From the NCBI GenBank assembly GCA_963786935.1, contig CAWBAN010000002.1, positions 288,001 through 352,000 on the forward strand: a DNA stretch of 64,000 bases, given 5' to 3'. Of this stretch, positions 1 to 9,279 are shown piece after piece. The translations under genes were made by a program, and so were the position numbers. The first letter of the stretch is position 1, and every line of letters begins with the position of its first letter. The notes under the pieces were generated by a model. That model saw nothing but the letters and a program-made list of their open reading frames with translations, was not told where the DNA came from and did no database searches. Source of the DNA: an uncultured bacterium (GTDB lineage: Bacteria > Krumholzibacteriota > Krumholzibacteriia > Krumholzibacteriales > Krumholzibacteriaceae).

Positions 1-2
1 CG

Positions 3-392
3 TTCGCCACGCTGTATCTCGATCCCGCGATCGTCGAAATGTGCAAGAAGGACCAGCGCCTCGGCGTGTTCCTGCATCAGGCCGCGCTCAGCGGCGCCGT
101 ATTGCGGTTCGTTCCGCGGAACGAGATGGCGCCGCTCCCCGACGCCTACAACTACCCGCTGTTCTTCAAGGATCTGTACGGCGCCGACAAGCCCTACGAC
201 TCGATCGCCGGCGTCGTGACGATCCGCTACGACGTCTATTTCAAGAATCCGGCGCCCGATTGGAGCAAGAAGCTGAAAGGGCCGGAGACGACGGTGTCCT
301 GGCTCGAGAAACGGCTGGGGCCGGCGGGCGGGGAGAAGAAAGGCGCCGACACGAAGCTTCGGTACAAATTCCAGAGCGGGGGCAAGGCATGA
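3..392 (+). CDS. Hypothetical protein, 5'-truncated by window edge
   Basis: Frame is open from position 3; host-like codon usage; TGA overlaps the next ATG (ATGA at 389-392). Confidence 0.7.
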   Translation, partial: FATLYLDPAIVEMCKKDQRLGVFLHQAALSGAVLRFVPRNEMAPLPDAYNYPLFFKDLYGADKPYDSIAGVVTIRYDVYFKNPAPDWSKKLKGPETTVSWLEKRLGPAGGEKKGADTKLRYKFQSGGKA

Positions 393-1180
393 GAGAGAAT
401 ATTTTCAAGGTCGATTCATTCACCGAGAAGCCGTTCGCGGGAAATCCCGCGGGCGTGTGCATACTTTCGGAGCCGCGGGACGAGGCGTGGATGCGGAGCA
501 TCGCGCGCGAGATGAACCTCTCCGAGACGGCGTTTTTGCACGGGGGCAAGGAGCTCTTCGACCTCCGCTGGTTTACGCCCGTGGCCGAGGTCGAGCTCTG
601 CGGTCACGCGACGCTCGCGAGCGCGCACATCCTCTGGGAGATCGGCGTCCTCGGGCCGAAGGAGGAGGCGCGTTTCCAGACGAAGAGCGGGCTTTTGACC
701 GCGGCGCGGAACGGCGGCATGATCGAGCTCGATTTCCCCGCGAAGCCGGAAGAGCCGGCGGAAGCGCCGAAAGGGCTCATCGAGGCGCTCGGCGTGACCC
801 CGCGCTATGTCGGGCGGAACACGTTCGATTACATCGTCGAGATCGATTCGCAGGAGGCCGTGCGGGACTGCGCCCCCGACTTCGCGCGCCTCTTGAGTAT
901 CCCGGCCCGCGGCGTGATCGTCACGGCGGCGGCGAGCTCCGCGGGATTCGACTTCGTCTCGCGCTTCTTCGCCCCGGCGGTCGGGATTGACGAGGATCCC
1001 GTGACCGGCTCCGCTCACTGCTGTCTCGGGCCCTACTGGGGCGCCAAGCTCGGCAAGACGGAGCTCAAGGCGTATCAGGCCTCGGTGCGCGGCGGCGTCG
1101 TCCGCGTGCGTCTCGCCGGCGATCGTGTCATTATCGGCGGGCACGCCGTCACGATCCTCCGCGGGACGCTCGCGGTGTGA
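389..1180 (+). CDS. PhzF family phenazine biosynthesis-like isomerase
   Basis: VDSFT..PFAGNPAGV, NLSETAF, EVELCGHATLA and EDPVTGSAHC motifs; start taken at the ATGA overlap. Confidence 0.93.
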   Translation: MRENIFKVDSFTEKPFAGNPAGVCILSEPRDEAWMRSIAREMNLSETAFLHGGKELFDLRWFTPVAEVELCGHATLASAHILWEIGVLGPKEEARFQTKSGLLTAARNGGMIELDFPAKPEEPAEAPKGLIEALGVTPRYVGRNTFDYIVEIDSQEAVRDCAPDFARLLSIPARGVIVTAAASSAGFDFVSRFFAPAVGIDEDPVTGSAHCCLGPYWGAKLGKTELKAYQASVRGGVVRVRLAGDRVIIGGHAVTILRGTLAV

Positions 1181-1252
1181 GACCGCCGGCCGCGCGGGAT
1201 CCATGGCCGCGCGGGCGCCCGCAAAATCGGGGCGTCCGCCGCGAGATGCCCG

Positions 1253-2128
1253 CTATTTCCCCTTCGCGATCTCGGCGATCGTCTCGTCGAGCAGCTTGTT
1301 GAACGTCGCCGGATCCTCGATCTGCACGAAGTGACCCCGTCCCGGCATGAGCTTCATGGTGAACGAAGGGGCGATCTTCTTGTTGCCCTCGACGTTCGTC
1401 GGCCACTTGTCCGCGTTGACGGCGCGGATCGGCACCGTGAGCGCGCCGGCGGCCGGCTTGGGATCGTAGCCCAGCATATCCTTCATCGCGCCGATGCCGA
1501 CCTCCGGCGGGGCGGAGGCCACATCTGCCGCGATGCGATCGACGAGCGCCGTGTCGGCCCCGGCGGCGAACAAGCTCCGCACGAACTGATCGGTCGTCCC
1601 CGGGAAATTCGCCTGGAACGCGGCGAGCCACTGTTTCTGCTGCTCCTTGGGAATGGTCTCACCGAAATCCTGGAAGGTGTCGACGCCGATGACGCCGATC
1701 ACGCGCTTCGGGAGCAGTCGCGCCGCTTCGAGGCTCACCGGCCCGCCCATCGAGTGACCGACGAGAACGACCTTCTTGAGATTGAGCGCCTCGACCACCG
1801 CGGCGACGTCAGCCGCGAAGGAGGCGACGGTGTACTCCGCGCGGCCGAGCCCCGAATCGCCGTGTCCGGCGAGATCGATCGCGACGACCGTGTGCTTCTT
1901 CGCGAAATAGGGGATCTGATCCTTCCAGTAGCCCTTGTCGCAACACCAGCAGTGGACGAACACGATCGCGGGCTCTCCCTTTCCCTGCACGGTGCAGCTC
2001 AGCGGAATGCCGTCCGCCGATTTCACGATCGTATCCTTCGCGAACGCCGCGCCGAGAGGCGCGAGCGCGGCGGGACCGAACGCGGCGGCGACGAAGGCCG
2101 CCAACAGCACGAGCGAGAGACGTTTCAT
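1253..2128 (-). CDS. Secreted alpha/beta fold hydrolase
   Basis: Signal peptide MKRLSLVLLAAF; DLAGHGDS; GHSMGG nucleophile elbow; C-terminal GHF; AAGGAG RBS. Confidence 0.9.
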   Translation of the reverse strand: MKRLSLVLLAAFVAAAFGPAALAPLGAAFAKDTIVKSADGIPLSCTVQGKGEPAIVFVHCWCCDKGYWKDQIPYFAKKHTVVAIDLAGHGDSGLGRAEYTVASFAADVAAVVEALNLKKVVLVGHSMGGPVSLEAARLLPKRVIGVIGVDTFQDFGETIPKEQQKQWLAAFQANFPGTTDQFVRSLFAAGADTALVDRIAADVASAPPEVGIGAMKDMLGYDPKPAAGALTVPIRAVNADKWPTNVEGNKKIAPSFTMKLMPGRGHFVQIEDPATFNKLLDETIAEIAKGK

Positions 2129-2148
2129 GACTGACTCCTTTCCTTTGT

Positions 2149-2397
2149 TCAGTTCGTTCTCCGATAATACAGCATCGCGCACACCTTCACGACGGCCATC
2201 GCGGCGGAGATGGCCAAGAGATCCCACCGGATGATGTCCTTCTCGACCGCGTCGTACGTGAAGAACGCGAGGAGCACGATCAAGCCGGCGAGCACGGCGA
2301 GGCGCGTCGACTTGAACCGATGCATGACGAATCGCTCGTCGAGCATCTCGTCGTGCTTCCATTTGAAGAGATTGAAGAACCATCCGTCGGGCGCCAT
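2149..2397 (-). CDS. Small two-TM membrane protein (DUF2178-like, DER motif)
   Basis: DERF followed by two hydrophobic helices; tightly coupled to the XRE gene. Confidence 0.7.
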   Translation of the reverse strand: MAPDGWFFNLFKWKHDEMLDERFVMHRFKSTRLAVLAGLIVLLAFFTYDAVEKDIIRWDLLAISAAMAVVKVCAMLYYRRTN

Positions 2398-2398
2398 T

Positions 2399-2611
2399 TC
2401 ATTCTCCTTCCTCGAGGGTGAACATACGATCGGTCGGGCATTTGAAGAACCGCGCGAGCTTGAGTGCGAGGGGGAGGCTCGGGATGTACTTCCCGTTCTC
2501 GATCGAGATGATCGTCTGCCGCGACACCCTCATCTCCGCGGCGAGATCCTCCTGCGTGAGCCCCGCGCTCTTGCGATGTTCCCGGACGCTGTTCGCGACC
2601 TTCTCATTCAT
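2399..2611 (-). CDS. XRE-family helix-turn-helix transcriptional regulator
   Basis: GLTQEDLA..VSRQTIISIENGKYIPSL.LA.KLAR.F HTH_3 signature. Confidence 0.93.
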   Translation of the reverse strand: MNEKVANSVREHRKSAGLTQEDLAAEMRVSRQTIISIENGKYIPSLPLALKLARFFKCPTDRMFTLEEGE

Positions 2612-2795
2612 GGCTTTTCGCGAGCGCCCCCATGATCAGCGCGAACACGGCGAGCGCGAGTGACATTCCCATGAAAACGCCTTCGAAGAAACTGACCCAT
2701 TTCGATCCGCCCGACATCCGGTGCACGAGGACCGAGATGCACAGGAACGTGACGCTCAGGGGCAGGATCGTCTCTCTTCTGCTCTTAAGGTACAT
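2604..2795 (-). CDS. Small two-TM membrane protein, first gene of XRE operon
   Basis: MYLKSRRETILPLSV...FFEGVFMGMSLALAVF; overlaps the XRE start. Confidence 0.65.
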   Translation of the reverse strand: MYLKSRRETILPLSVTFLCISVLVHRMSGGSKWVSFFEGVFMGMSLALAVFALIMGALAKSHE

Positions 2796-2810
2796 GCGCG
2801 GACCCCTTTC

Positions 2811-2873
2811 TGTAAAGTTCGCTTTACATTTCCAATATAGCCCGAAAAACCGATTTGTCAAGTCAGCTTTACA
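2811..2873. promoter_or_regulatory. Two palindromic operators TGTAAAG-N4-CTTTACA overlapping a minus-strand sigma70 promoter
   Basis: TGTAAAGttcgCTTTACA at 2811-2828 and TGTCAAGtcagCTTTACA at 2856-2873; the second contains TTGACA on the minus strand, with TATATT 16 nt downstream. Confidence 0.75.
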
Positions 2874-3005
2874 TTATTTTTCAAAGAAAGTTCCCGGAAT
2901 ATTGCCGGGCAGAAATAACAATCGACGCAACGCTCGAAATATTATACAGTTCCGACATACGCAAAAAGAGTTCGAGCGGCGACGAAATCGGCGAGGAGCT
3001 GAAGT

Positions 3006-3317
3006 ATGGATTATCTGGTCGAGTTCGAGAATCTCCCCTGGCAATCGCCCATGAAAGGCGTCCGGTTCAAGGCGGTGACGAATGGCTCGCGGCGGCTCCG
3101 TCTCGTCGAGTACACGCGGGATCTCGAGCCTCACTGGTGCGAGAAGGGGCACATCGGGTATATGCTCGAAGGCCGTTTCGAGATCACGTTCGACGGGGGA
3201 AGCTTCAAGTTCAATCCGGGAGACGGTATCTTCATCCCGGCCGGCCGCAAGCACCGGCATATGGGGAAGGCGCTGACCGGCACGGCGCGGGTTATATTCG
3301 TCGAGGACGCCGAGTGA
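3006..3317 (+). CDS. Cupin domain protein
   Basis: PHWCEKGHIGYMLEG and GDGIFIPAG.KHRH cupin motifs; GAGGAG RBS. Confidence 0.85.
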   Translation: MDYLVEFENLPWQSPMKGVRFKAVTNGSRRLRLVEYTRDLEPHWCEKGHIGYMLEGRFEITFDGGSFKFNPGDGIFIPAGRKHRHMGKALTGTARVIFVEDAE

Positions 3318-3491
3318 ATCCCGACGCAGGAAATCCGCTCGCGCGTTGAAACTATTTCGCTTAAATCGTGTACAGTACCTATGTGGGAAAGGCTTTCGCG
3401 GCGAGGGGCGAGATGCGCCCTTTGGGGCGAGGCTTCTTTTTTACCCCCCGCCGGGCAGGGTCGTCCGGCGACAACGCAAGGAGGAGACCCC

Positions 3492-5411
3492 ATGCTCAGA
3501 TCCCGCCTCGCGCCGCTTGTCGCGGCGCTCGCTCTCGCGCTGCTCTTCTCGGGCGCGGCGATTGCTCAGGAGAAAGAGGTCCCCGATTACTCCATGAAGC
3601 CCCGCTCCGAGGTCCCTGTCGAATACACGTGGCGGGTCGAGGACATCTACGCGACCTATGACGACTGGGCGAAGGACAAGGAAGCGCTCGCCGCCCTCAT
3701 TCCGCAGATCGACGCGAAGGCGAAGGGCTGGACGGAGAGCGCGGCGAAGATGGCCGACCTCTACGAGCTGACCGACGTCATCTGGAAAAAAGGGGAGAAG
3801 CTCTTCACCTACGCTTCGCTCCAGAGCGACGCCGACATGGGCAACTCCAAGTATCAGGTCATGAAGGGGGAGCTGCAGTCGCTGTTCGTGCAGCTCGGCG
3901 TCAAGTTCGCGTTCATGAACGAGGATCTTCTCAAGCTGAAGGACGAGGCGCTCGCCGCCTACTTCAAGGAGGAGCCGCGACTCAAGCCGTACCGCTTCGC
4001 CATCGAGCAGGTGATCCGCGTGCGCGAGCACGTGCTCCCCGAGGATCAGCAGCAGATCGTCTCGCGGACAGGGCTCTTCGGCGGCGCCGTGGGCAAGGCC
4101 GCGAACATGCTCAACGACGTCGACATCCCGGCGCCCGAGGCGAAGCTCGCCGACGGGAGCACGGTCGCGCTCAACAACGCGACGTACTACCGGCTCCGCG
4201 CGTCGAAGGAGCCCGCTGACCGCACGACGGTCATGAAGACCTACTGGGAGAACCGCAAGAAGTACGAGAACACCTTCGCCGCCCTCTTCGACGGCGAGAT
4301 GAAACGGCACCTCTTCTCGGCGCAGACCACAAAGTACAACAACTGTCTCGAGGCCCGTCTCGACGGCGACGGGATCGACACGCTCGTCTATTTCCAGCTC
4401 ATCAAGTCGGTGAACGACAACCTCGGCGTCTTCCAGCGCTACCTGAAGATGAAGGGGAAGCTGCAGGGCCTCGACCAGATGCGCTACGAGGACATCTACG
4501 GCTCCGCGGTGAAGGCCGTCGACAAGACCTACACGTGGGACGAGGCGCGGGATCTCGTCATGCAGTCGCTCAAGCCGCTCGGCCCGGAGTATCAGGACGT
4601 GCTCCGGCAGGCCTTCGAGAACCGCTGGATCGACCGGTATCCGAACAAGGGCAAGCAGAGCGGCGCCTACTCGAGCGGCGTATACGGCGTTCATCCGTTC
4701 GTGAAGATGAACTTCAACGGCTCGTACAACGAGGTCTCGACGATCGCGCACGAGCTCGGGCATTCGGTGCATTCGTACTTCGCGCAGAAGAACCAGTCGT
4801 ACTCCGATTCCGGGTATCCGCTGTTCCTCGCCGAGATCGCCTCGACCTTCAACGAGACGCTCCTTCTCAAGCACATGCTCAAGAGCGAGAAGGACGACCT
4901 CTTTAAGCTCTATCTCCTCGACAGCTACCTCGATCAGGTGCGCGGCACGATCTTCCGCCAGACCCTCTTCGCGGAGTTCGAGCTCGCGATGCACCGGCGC
5001 GTCGAGGAAGGGAAGGCGCTCACGCCCGATTGGCTCAACCAGACGTACCTCGAGCTCACGCGCAAATACTATGGCCACGACAAGGGCGTGCTCAGGGTGG
5101 ACGACTTCATCCAGAACGAGTGGAGCGGGATCCCGCACTTCTTCCGGAACTACTACGTGTTCCAGTACAGCACGGGGATGATCTCCTCGATGGCGCTCGC
5201 CGACCGGGCGCTCGCCGGCAAAGAGGGGGTCACGAACTATCTCGACATGCTCAAGGCGGGAGGGAGCGATTATCCGCTCAACCTGCTCAAGAAGGCGGGC
5301 GTCGACATGATGACGCCGGCGCCGGCCGATGCGGCGTTCAAGACGATCAACGGCCTCCTCGACGAGATGGAGAAGATCGTGGCGCGGCTGGAGAAGGCGA
5401 AGAAGCTCTAG
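3492..5411 (+). CDS. pepF: Oligoendopeptidase F (M3B) with N-terminal signal peptide
   Basis: GKQSGAYS, HELGHSVH, AEIASTFNE, W..IPHF, YYVFQY; AGGAGG RBS. Confidence 0.93.
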   Translation: MLRSRLAPLVAALALALLFSGAAIAQEKEVPDYSMKPRSEVPVEYTWRVEDIYATYDDWAKDKEALAALIPQIDAKAKGWTESAAKMADLYELTDVIWKKGEKLFTYASLQSDADMGNSKYQVMKGELQSLFVQLGVKFAFMNEDLLKLKDEALAAYFKEEPRLKPYRFAIEQVIRVREHVLPEDQQQIVSRTGLFGGAVGKAANMLNDVDIPAPEAKLADGSTVALNNATYYRLRASKEPADRTTVMKTYWENRKKYENTFAALFDGEMKRHLFSAQTTKYNNCLEARLDGDGIDTLVYFQLIKSVNDNLGVFQRYLKMKGKLQGLDQMRYEDIYGSAVKAVDKTYTWDEARDLVMQSLKPLGPEYQDVLRQAFENRWIDRYPNKGKQSGAYSSGVYGVHPFVKMNFNGSYNEVSTIAHELGHSVHSYFAQKNQSYSDSGYPLFLAEIASTFNETLLLKHMLKSEKDDLFKLYLLDSYLDQVRGTIFRQTLFAEFELAMHRRVEEGKALTPDWLNQTYLELTRKYYGHDKGVLRVDDFIQNEWSGIPHFFRNYYVFQYSTGMISSMALADRALAGKEGVTNYLDMLKAGGSDYPLNLLKKAGVDMMTPAPADAAFKTINGLLDEMEKIVARLEKAKKL

Positions 5412-5585
5412 CGCGGAGAGGGCGAAAGAGCCGGCGCGGCGGAACATCCGCGCGGAAGAATTGAGCGGCGGCAAAACCCGCGCGGCGGAGAATTGCGCGG
5501 CGCCTGCAGTATCGATTGCTCCCGGGGGTATGGCAGCTCGATACTCGCAGCGCCGCGCTTCCATGATTCGGCGCCGCCAACGCGG

Positions 5586-5780
5586 CTACGACCGTCCCGG
5601 ATCGCCATCCTTCAGTCTCCCCGCTTTCTTGGCGGCGTTTGCCAGAATGAACTCTATCTCGGCGTTGACGCTGCGGAGGTCGTCCGCGGCCCACTTCTCG
5701 AGGGCCGCGAACAACCTCTCGTCGAGACGGAGCAGAAATTTCTTCTTCTCGCTCATTTCAACGCCATGCCGGACACTCAC
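5586..5780 (-). CDS. Arc/ribbon-helix-helix DNA-binding protein (alternative start 5756)
   Basis: KKFLLRLD...LEKWAADDLRSVNAEIEFIL; typical partner gene downstream of SPFH genes. Confidence 0.8.
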   Translation of the reverse strand: MSVRHGVEMSEKKKFLLRLDERLFAALEKWAADDLRSVNAEIEFILANAAKKAGRLKDGDPGRS

Positions 5781-6652
5781 TGATAGATGGTGCCCGTGTT
5801 GATGACCGGCGAAACCTCTCTATCGGACACGAGCGCGACCATGAGGTTATTCACCATGGCCGCTTTCTTTTCCTCGTCGAGGGTGACGATCTTCTGGTCG
5901 CTGAGAGCCTTCAGCGCCATGTCAACCATCCCGACGGCTCCCTCGACGATCTTCTGGCGCGCCGCGATGATCGCCTGCGCCTGCTGGCGGCGGAGCATCG
6001 CCTGCGCGATCTCGGGCGAATAGGCGAGGTGGCTGATCCGCGACTCGATCACGGTGACGCCGGCGACTTCGAGCCGGGTCTGCACCGTGTGCTTCATTCT
6101 CTCGGAAATCTCCTGCACGTTCCCGCGCAGCGACGCCTCGTCCTCCTTCTGCGTGTCGTACGGATACTCGGACGCGAGCGCCCGGATCGCCGTCTCGCTC
6201 TGGACGTCGACGAACTGGACGTAGTTGTCCACGTCGAAGAGCGCGCGGGCCGTGTCGACGACCTGCCACACGACGACCGCGGCGATCTCCACGGGATTCC
6301 CGTGCAGGTCGTTCACCTTGATCTTCTCGCTGTTGAAGTTCCGGATGCGCAGCGACACGCGCTTCCGGTCGGTGAACGGATTCACCCACCAGAATCCCGA
6401 GTCGCGGACGGAGCCGACGTACTTGCCGAAGAGGACGAGCACGCGCGCCTCGTTCGGCTGCACGACGGTGAGCCCCGCGGCCCACAGGATCGTGAGGAGG
6501 GTGAAGGGGACGAAGAACCAGAGGACGGCCACGTTGTTCGAAAGGATGCCCGCGCGCAGCACGTAGATGTCGATCGCGAGGAACGCGAAGAACATCAGAA
6601 GCGCGACGAACCCGTTGAACTTCGCGGCTCTGGTTTCGGTAACGGTTTGCAT
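5777..6652 (-). CDS. SPFH/band 7 domain membrane protein
   Basis: Two N-terminal TMs; VQPNEARVLVLFGKY; KVND..GNP.EIAAVVVW; LAYSPEIAQAMLRRQQA. Confidence 0.93.
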   Translation of the reverse strand: MQTVTETRAAKFNGFVALLMFFAFLAIDIYVLRAGILSNNVAVLWFFVPFTLLTILWAAGLTVVQPNEARVLVLFGKYVGSVRDSGFWWVNPFTDRKRVSLRIRNFNSEKIKVNDLHGNPVEIAAVVVWQVVDTARALFDVDNYVQFVDVQSETAIRALASEYPYDTQKEDEASLRGNVQEISERMKHTVQTRLEVAGVTVIESRISHLAYSPEIAQAMLRRQQAQAIIAARQKIVEGAVGMVDMALKALSDQKIVTLDEEKKAAMVNNLMVALVSDREVSPVINTGTIYQ

Positions 6653-6676
6653 AGGTCACCTCCGTCGGGTTAGGTT

Positions 6677-6715
6677 TGATATCATGATGATATCACGGTA
6701 ATATCATTCTGTCAA
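6677..6715. promoter_or_regulatory. Triple TGATATCA box (11-bp period), probable RHH operator, next to a minus-strand -35
   Basis: TGATATCA 6677-6684, TGATATCA 6688-6695, TAATATCA 6699-6706; TTGACA on the minus strand at 6710-6715. Confidence 0.75.
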
Positions 6716-6851
6716 GGGGGAAAATGAAGAATCGATCGTGGTTTCTCCGGTTGGTGCCGCATCGGCTCAGACCGCCATTGCGCCGACAATATTCCAGCTT
6801 CATGGAAACTTGTCCTGACAAACTTCCATAATGATAGATAATTGTCATGAT

Positions 6852-7002
6852 AAGCGAGCTCTCGAAAAGCTGTTCGGGCGCGAGGTCGATCTTCTCCCAA
6901 CGCCGATCAAGAAGCCGTGGGCCTTGATCGAGGCGAAGCTGTTCGACACATCTCCGGCACGGTCGATGAGCTACCTTGCTGAACGGCTCAAAGCTCCTCA
7001 GA
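6852..7002 (+). pseudogene. Short gene relic(s): MNT nucleotidyltransferase-like and/or DUF4143 ATPase C-terminus-like fragment
   Basis: KRALEKLFGREVDLL and KPWALIEAKLFDTSPARSMSYLAERL resemble C-termini of these families; no N-terminal part or proper stop. Confidence 0.35.
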
Positions 7003-7019
7003 ATGGAAGCGGCGATCTC

Positions 7020-7590
7020 TCACTTGAGCAGCACCATCTTCTTGGTCAGCGATCTCTTGCCCGCGGTGAGGCGATAGAAATATATCCCCGTGCCGGCGGC
7101 CGCACCCCGGCCGTCCCTCCCGTCCCAGGACACCTCGTTCGGTCCCGCCTCGCGCTCGCCGTCGAGGAGACATGCGACCTCCCGGCCGGCGCAGTCATAG
7201 ACCGCGAGCCTCACCCACTCCTTCGCCGGGAGATCGAACCGGATGGTCGTCACCGGATTGAAGGGATTCGGGTAGTTCTGGGCGAGCGCAAGCTCCAGAG
7301 TCGGGAGAGAGACGATGTCACTCTCGAAGAGAATCCTTCTCTTTCCGCCGGTCTCGATATCCACTCGGTACCGGTATGCGACCCCGGGCCGGCATGTCTC
7401 GTCGGAGCAGGTGAATGAGAGGCCGTCTCTCTGGAGAAAGGGGTGAATGAACTCCTCATAGTCCCCGCCCGATGAGCGAAGCACCGTGAACTTCGCATCG
7501 GCGTCCATTTCGGCGAGGCGCCACTCAATTACGATGCTCCGGCCCTGCGCTCGGATCGCGAAGCTCTGGAGGAGGGTCGCGACGGTCTGC
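7020..7590. repeat. Left conserved arm of duplicated cassette (partner about 14258-14828)
   Basis: Near-identical DNA with mostly synonymous differences. Confidence 0.9.
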
Positions 7591-9014
7591 CCGTCTCCGG
7601 TTATCCGCGCCGCGTAGGCCATGCCGTTCTGATCGGCGCCGTTTCTCATGTCCCGCCATGCGATGATGGCGCCACCCTCGCCGTTCTCCCTCATGCTCGA
7701 CAGGTACTGGCCGCCCGGGGCGCCGCAGACGTAGACCGTATCCGGCCAGAGTATGCTCCCTTCTCCGTCCACCCTCTGAGCGAAAATGTCCCAGAGGGCA
7801 TTCGAGCCCGGACCCTCCGTCCACGAGAGAATGGCCCCACCCTTTCCGTCTCGCACGATGCCGGGAACGGAGTAGCCGAAGCCGCTGGATACAGGGCCCA
7901 TATGAATCATCAGTCCGTCCGTTTGCCATCTCGCGTTCCCATCGGCAGTCACTCTCTGGGCGTAGATATCATCTCTATCGTTCCGGTTATCGAGCCATGA
8001 GATGATCGTCCCGCTGGCGTCGTCCGATGCCAAGTGAGGCCCAATCTGATCTCCCGGCGCCTGACAAACGGGCACACCACTATTGAGCCAGAGAATCGCC
8101 CCTGTAGAATCGAATCTCTGCGCGAATACTTCGTAGCCGCCGCCTCCTCCATATCCATTCCCATGCCACGCGACGATCCCACCCCCTTGCCCGTCCGCAA
8201 TGCAGCCGAGGGACCATTTGTAGTAATCGAATTCGCAGATACAGGCCCCTTGTTCATCCCACAGGAGGTTCCCCTCCCTATCCAGACGCTGAGCGTAGAT
8301 GTAGTGGCTCAAGAAGCCGTACCGCTCATCATGCCACGCGAGAATCACTCCGCCCTTCGTGTCGGAGATCATATGCGGCCAATCCTGCCATCCCAGCGTG
8401 GGGCAGACGTTCAGTCCGGCCGGCGCCCAAAGGAGATTGCCGTCACCGTCGAGCTTCTGGCAATAGACCTGCCCGTAACCCCAGCGGTCATCCCTCCAGG
8501 CGATGAAGAAGTTCCCGTGCCCGTCCGGTACGACTTGTGGCATATACTCAGGATCATTGCTCGTGCATACCAACACACCATTCGGCGTCCACCGGATATT
8601 GCCCGCTCCATCGAGTCGCTGGGCGTAGATCTTGAAGTACTGATCCCGCTGGTCGCGCCAGGCGATGATCACCCCGCCCTCGCCGTCTTGAACGATGACA
8701 GGATCCGCTTGACCCCCCGGGACTACACAGATTGGCACGCCCTCGGGGTTCCACAAGTTGTTACCGTCTATGTCCAAGCGTTGGGCGAAGATATCGAAGT
8801 CCCAATCAACGCCTGACCGTATTTCATACCAGGCGAAGAATGCCCCCCCGGTTCCATCCGTGGCGATATGTGCATACCACTGATCGCTAGAATACTGACA
8901 GAGCACCACACCGTTTTTGATCCACTCAGCGCGGAGCCCCGGGTGAGCCGGAGATAGCGCCGCCACAAAAGCGAGAGCACCCAATGCGAATGCCCGCCGA
9001 CACTTCGCCTTCAT
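7020..9014 (-). CDS. Secreted repeat (beta-propeller-like) protein with C-terminal FlgD-Ig/T9SS-like sorting domain, cassette copy 1
   Basis: Signal peptide; 8 repeats of about 60 aa (C....Q...DG.GG.I.AW.D.R...IYAQR.D..G..LW); LAQNYPNPFNP...GIYFYRL. Confidence 0.85.
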   Translation of the reverse strand: MKAKCRRAFALGALAFVAALSPAHPGLRAEWIKNGVVLCQYSSDQWYAHIATDGTGGAFFAWYEIRSGVDWDFDIFAQRLDIDGNNLWNPEGVPICVVPGGQADPVIVQDGEGGVIIAWRDQRDQYFKIYAQRLDGAGNIRWTPNGVLVCTSNDPEYMPQVVPDGHGNFFIAWRDDRWGYGQVYCQKLDGDGNLLWAPAGLNVCPTLGWQDWPHMISDTKGGVILAWHDERYGFLSHYIYAQRLDREGNLLWDEQGACICEFDYYKWSLGCIADGQGGGIVAWHGNGYGGGGGYEVFAQRFDSTGAILWLNSGVPVCQAPGDQIGPHLASDDASGTIISWLDNRNDRDDIYAQRVTADGNARWQTDGLMIHMGPVSSGFGYSVPGIVRDGKGGAILSWTEGPGSNALWDIFAQRVDGEGSILWPDTVYVCGAPGGQYLSSMRENGEGGAIIAWRDMRNGADQNGMAYAARITGDGQTVATLLQSFAIRAQGRSIVIEWRLAEMDADAKFTVLRSSGGDYEEFIHPFLQRDGLSFTCSDETCRPGVAYRYRVDIETGGKRRILFESDIVSLPTLELALAQNYPNPFNPVTTIRFDLPAKEWVRLAVYDCAGREVACLLDGEREAGPNEVSWDGRDGRGAAAGTGIYFYRLTAGKRSLTKKMVLLK

Positions 9015-9279
9015 TCCAATCCTCAAGCGGCTTGTATCTGTTGCTCGGTTCTTGGCATAGAGATCTCTGCCCCTTAGAATGATTTTACGGCATTGTGCCC
9101 TCACATTCAACGATAATCCACGCCACTCAAGAATACTGCTTGTTTTCAAGAGCGATCAACTGGTATCATGCTTGTGGCTCGAAACCTAGGACAACACCAC
9201 ATCTAAGCCCATGCCGGATTGAGCGCGATGCGCTCTCAGCACGAGGTAGTCCTGTCCTTCCACTCGATGGAGCTGCGAG

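Noticed and set aside
9160..9176. Sigma54 promoter before S8 copy 1 (TGGTATCATGCTTGT)
   Set aside because: -12 element is GT rather than GC and there is no equivalent in copy 2; too weak to call
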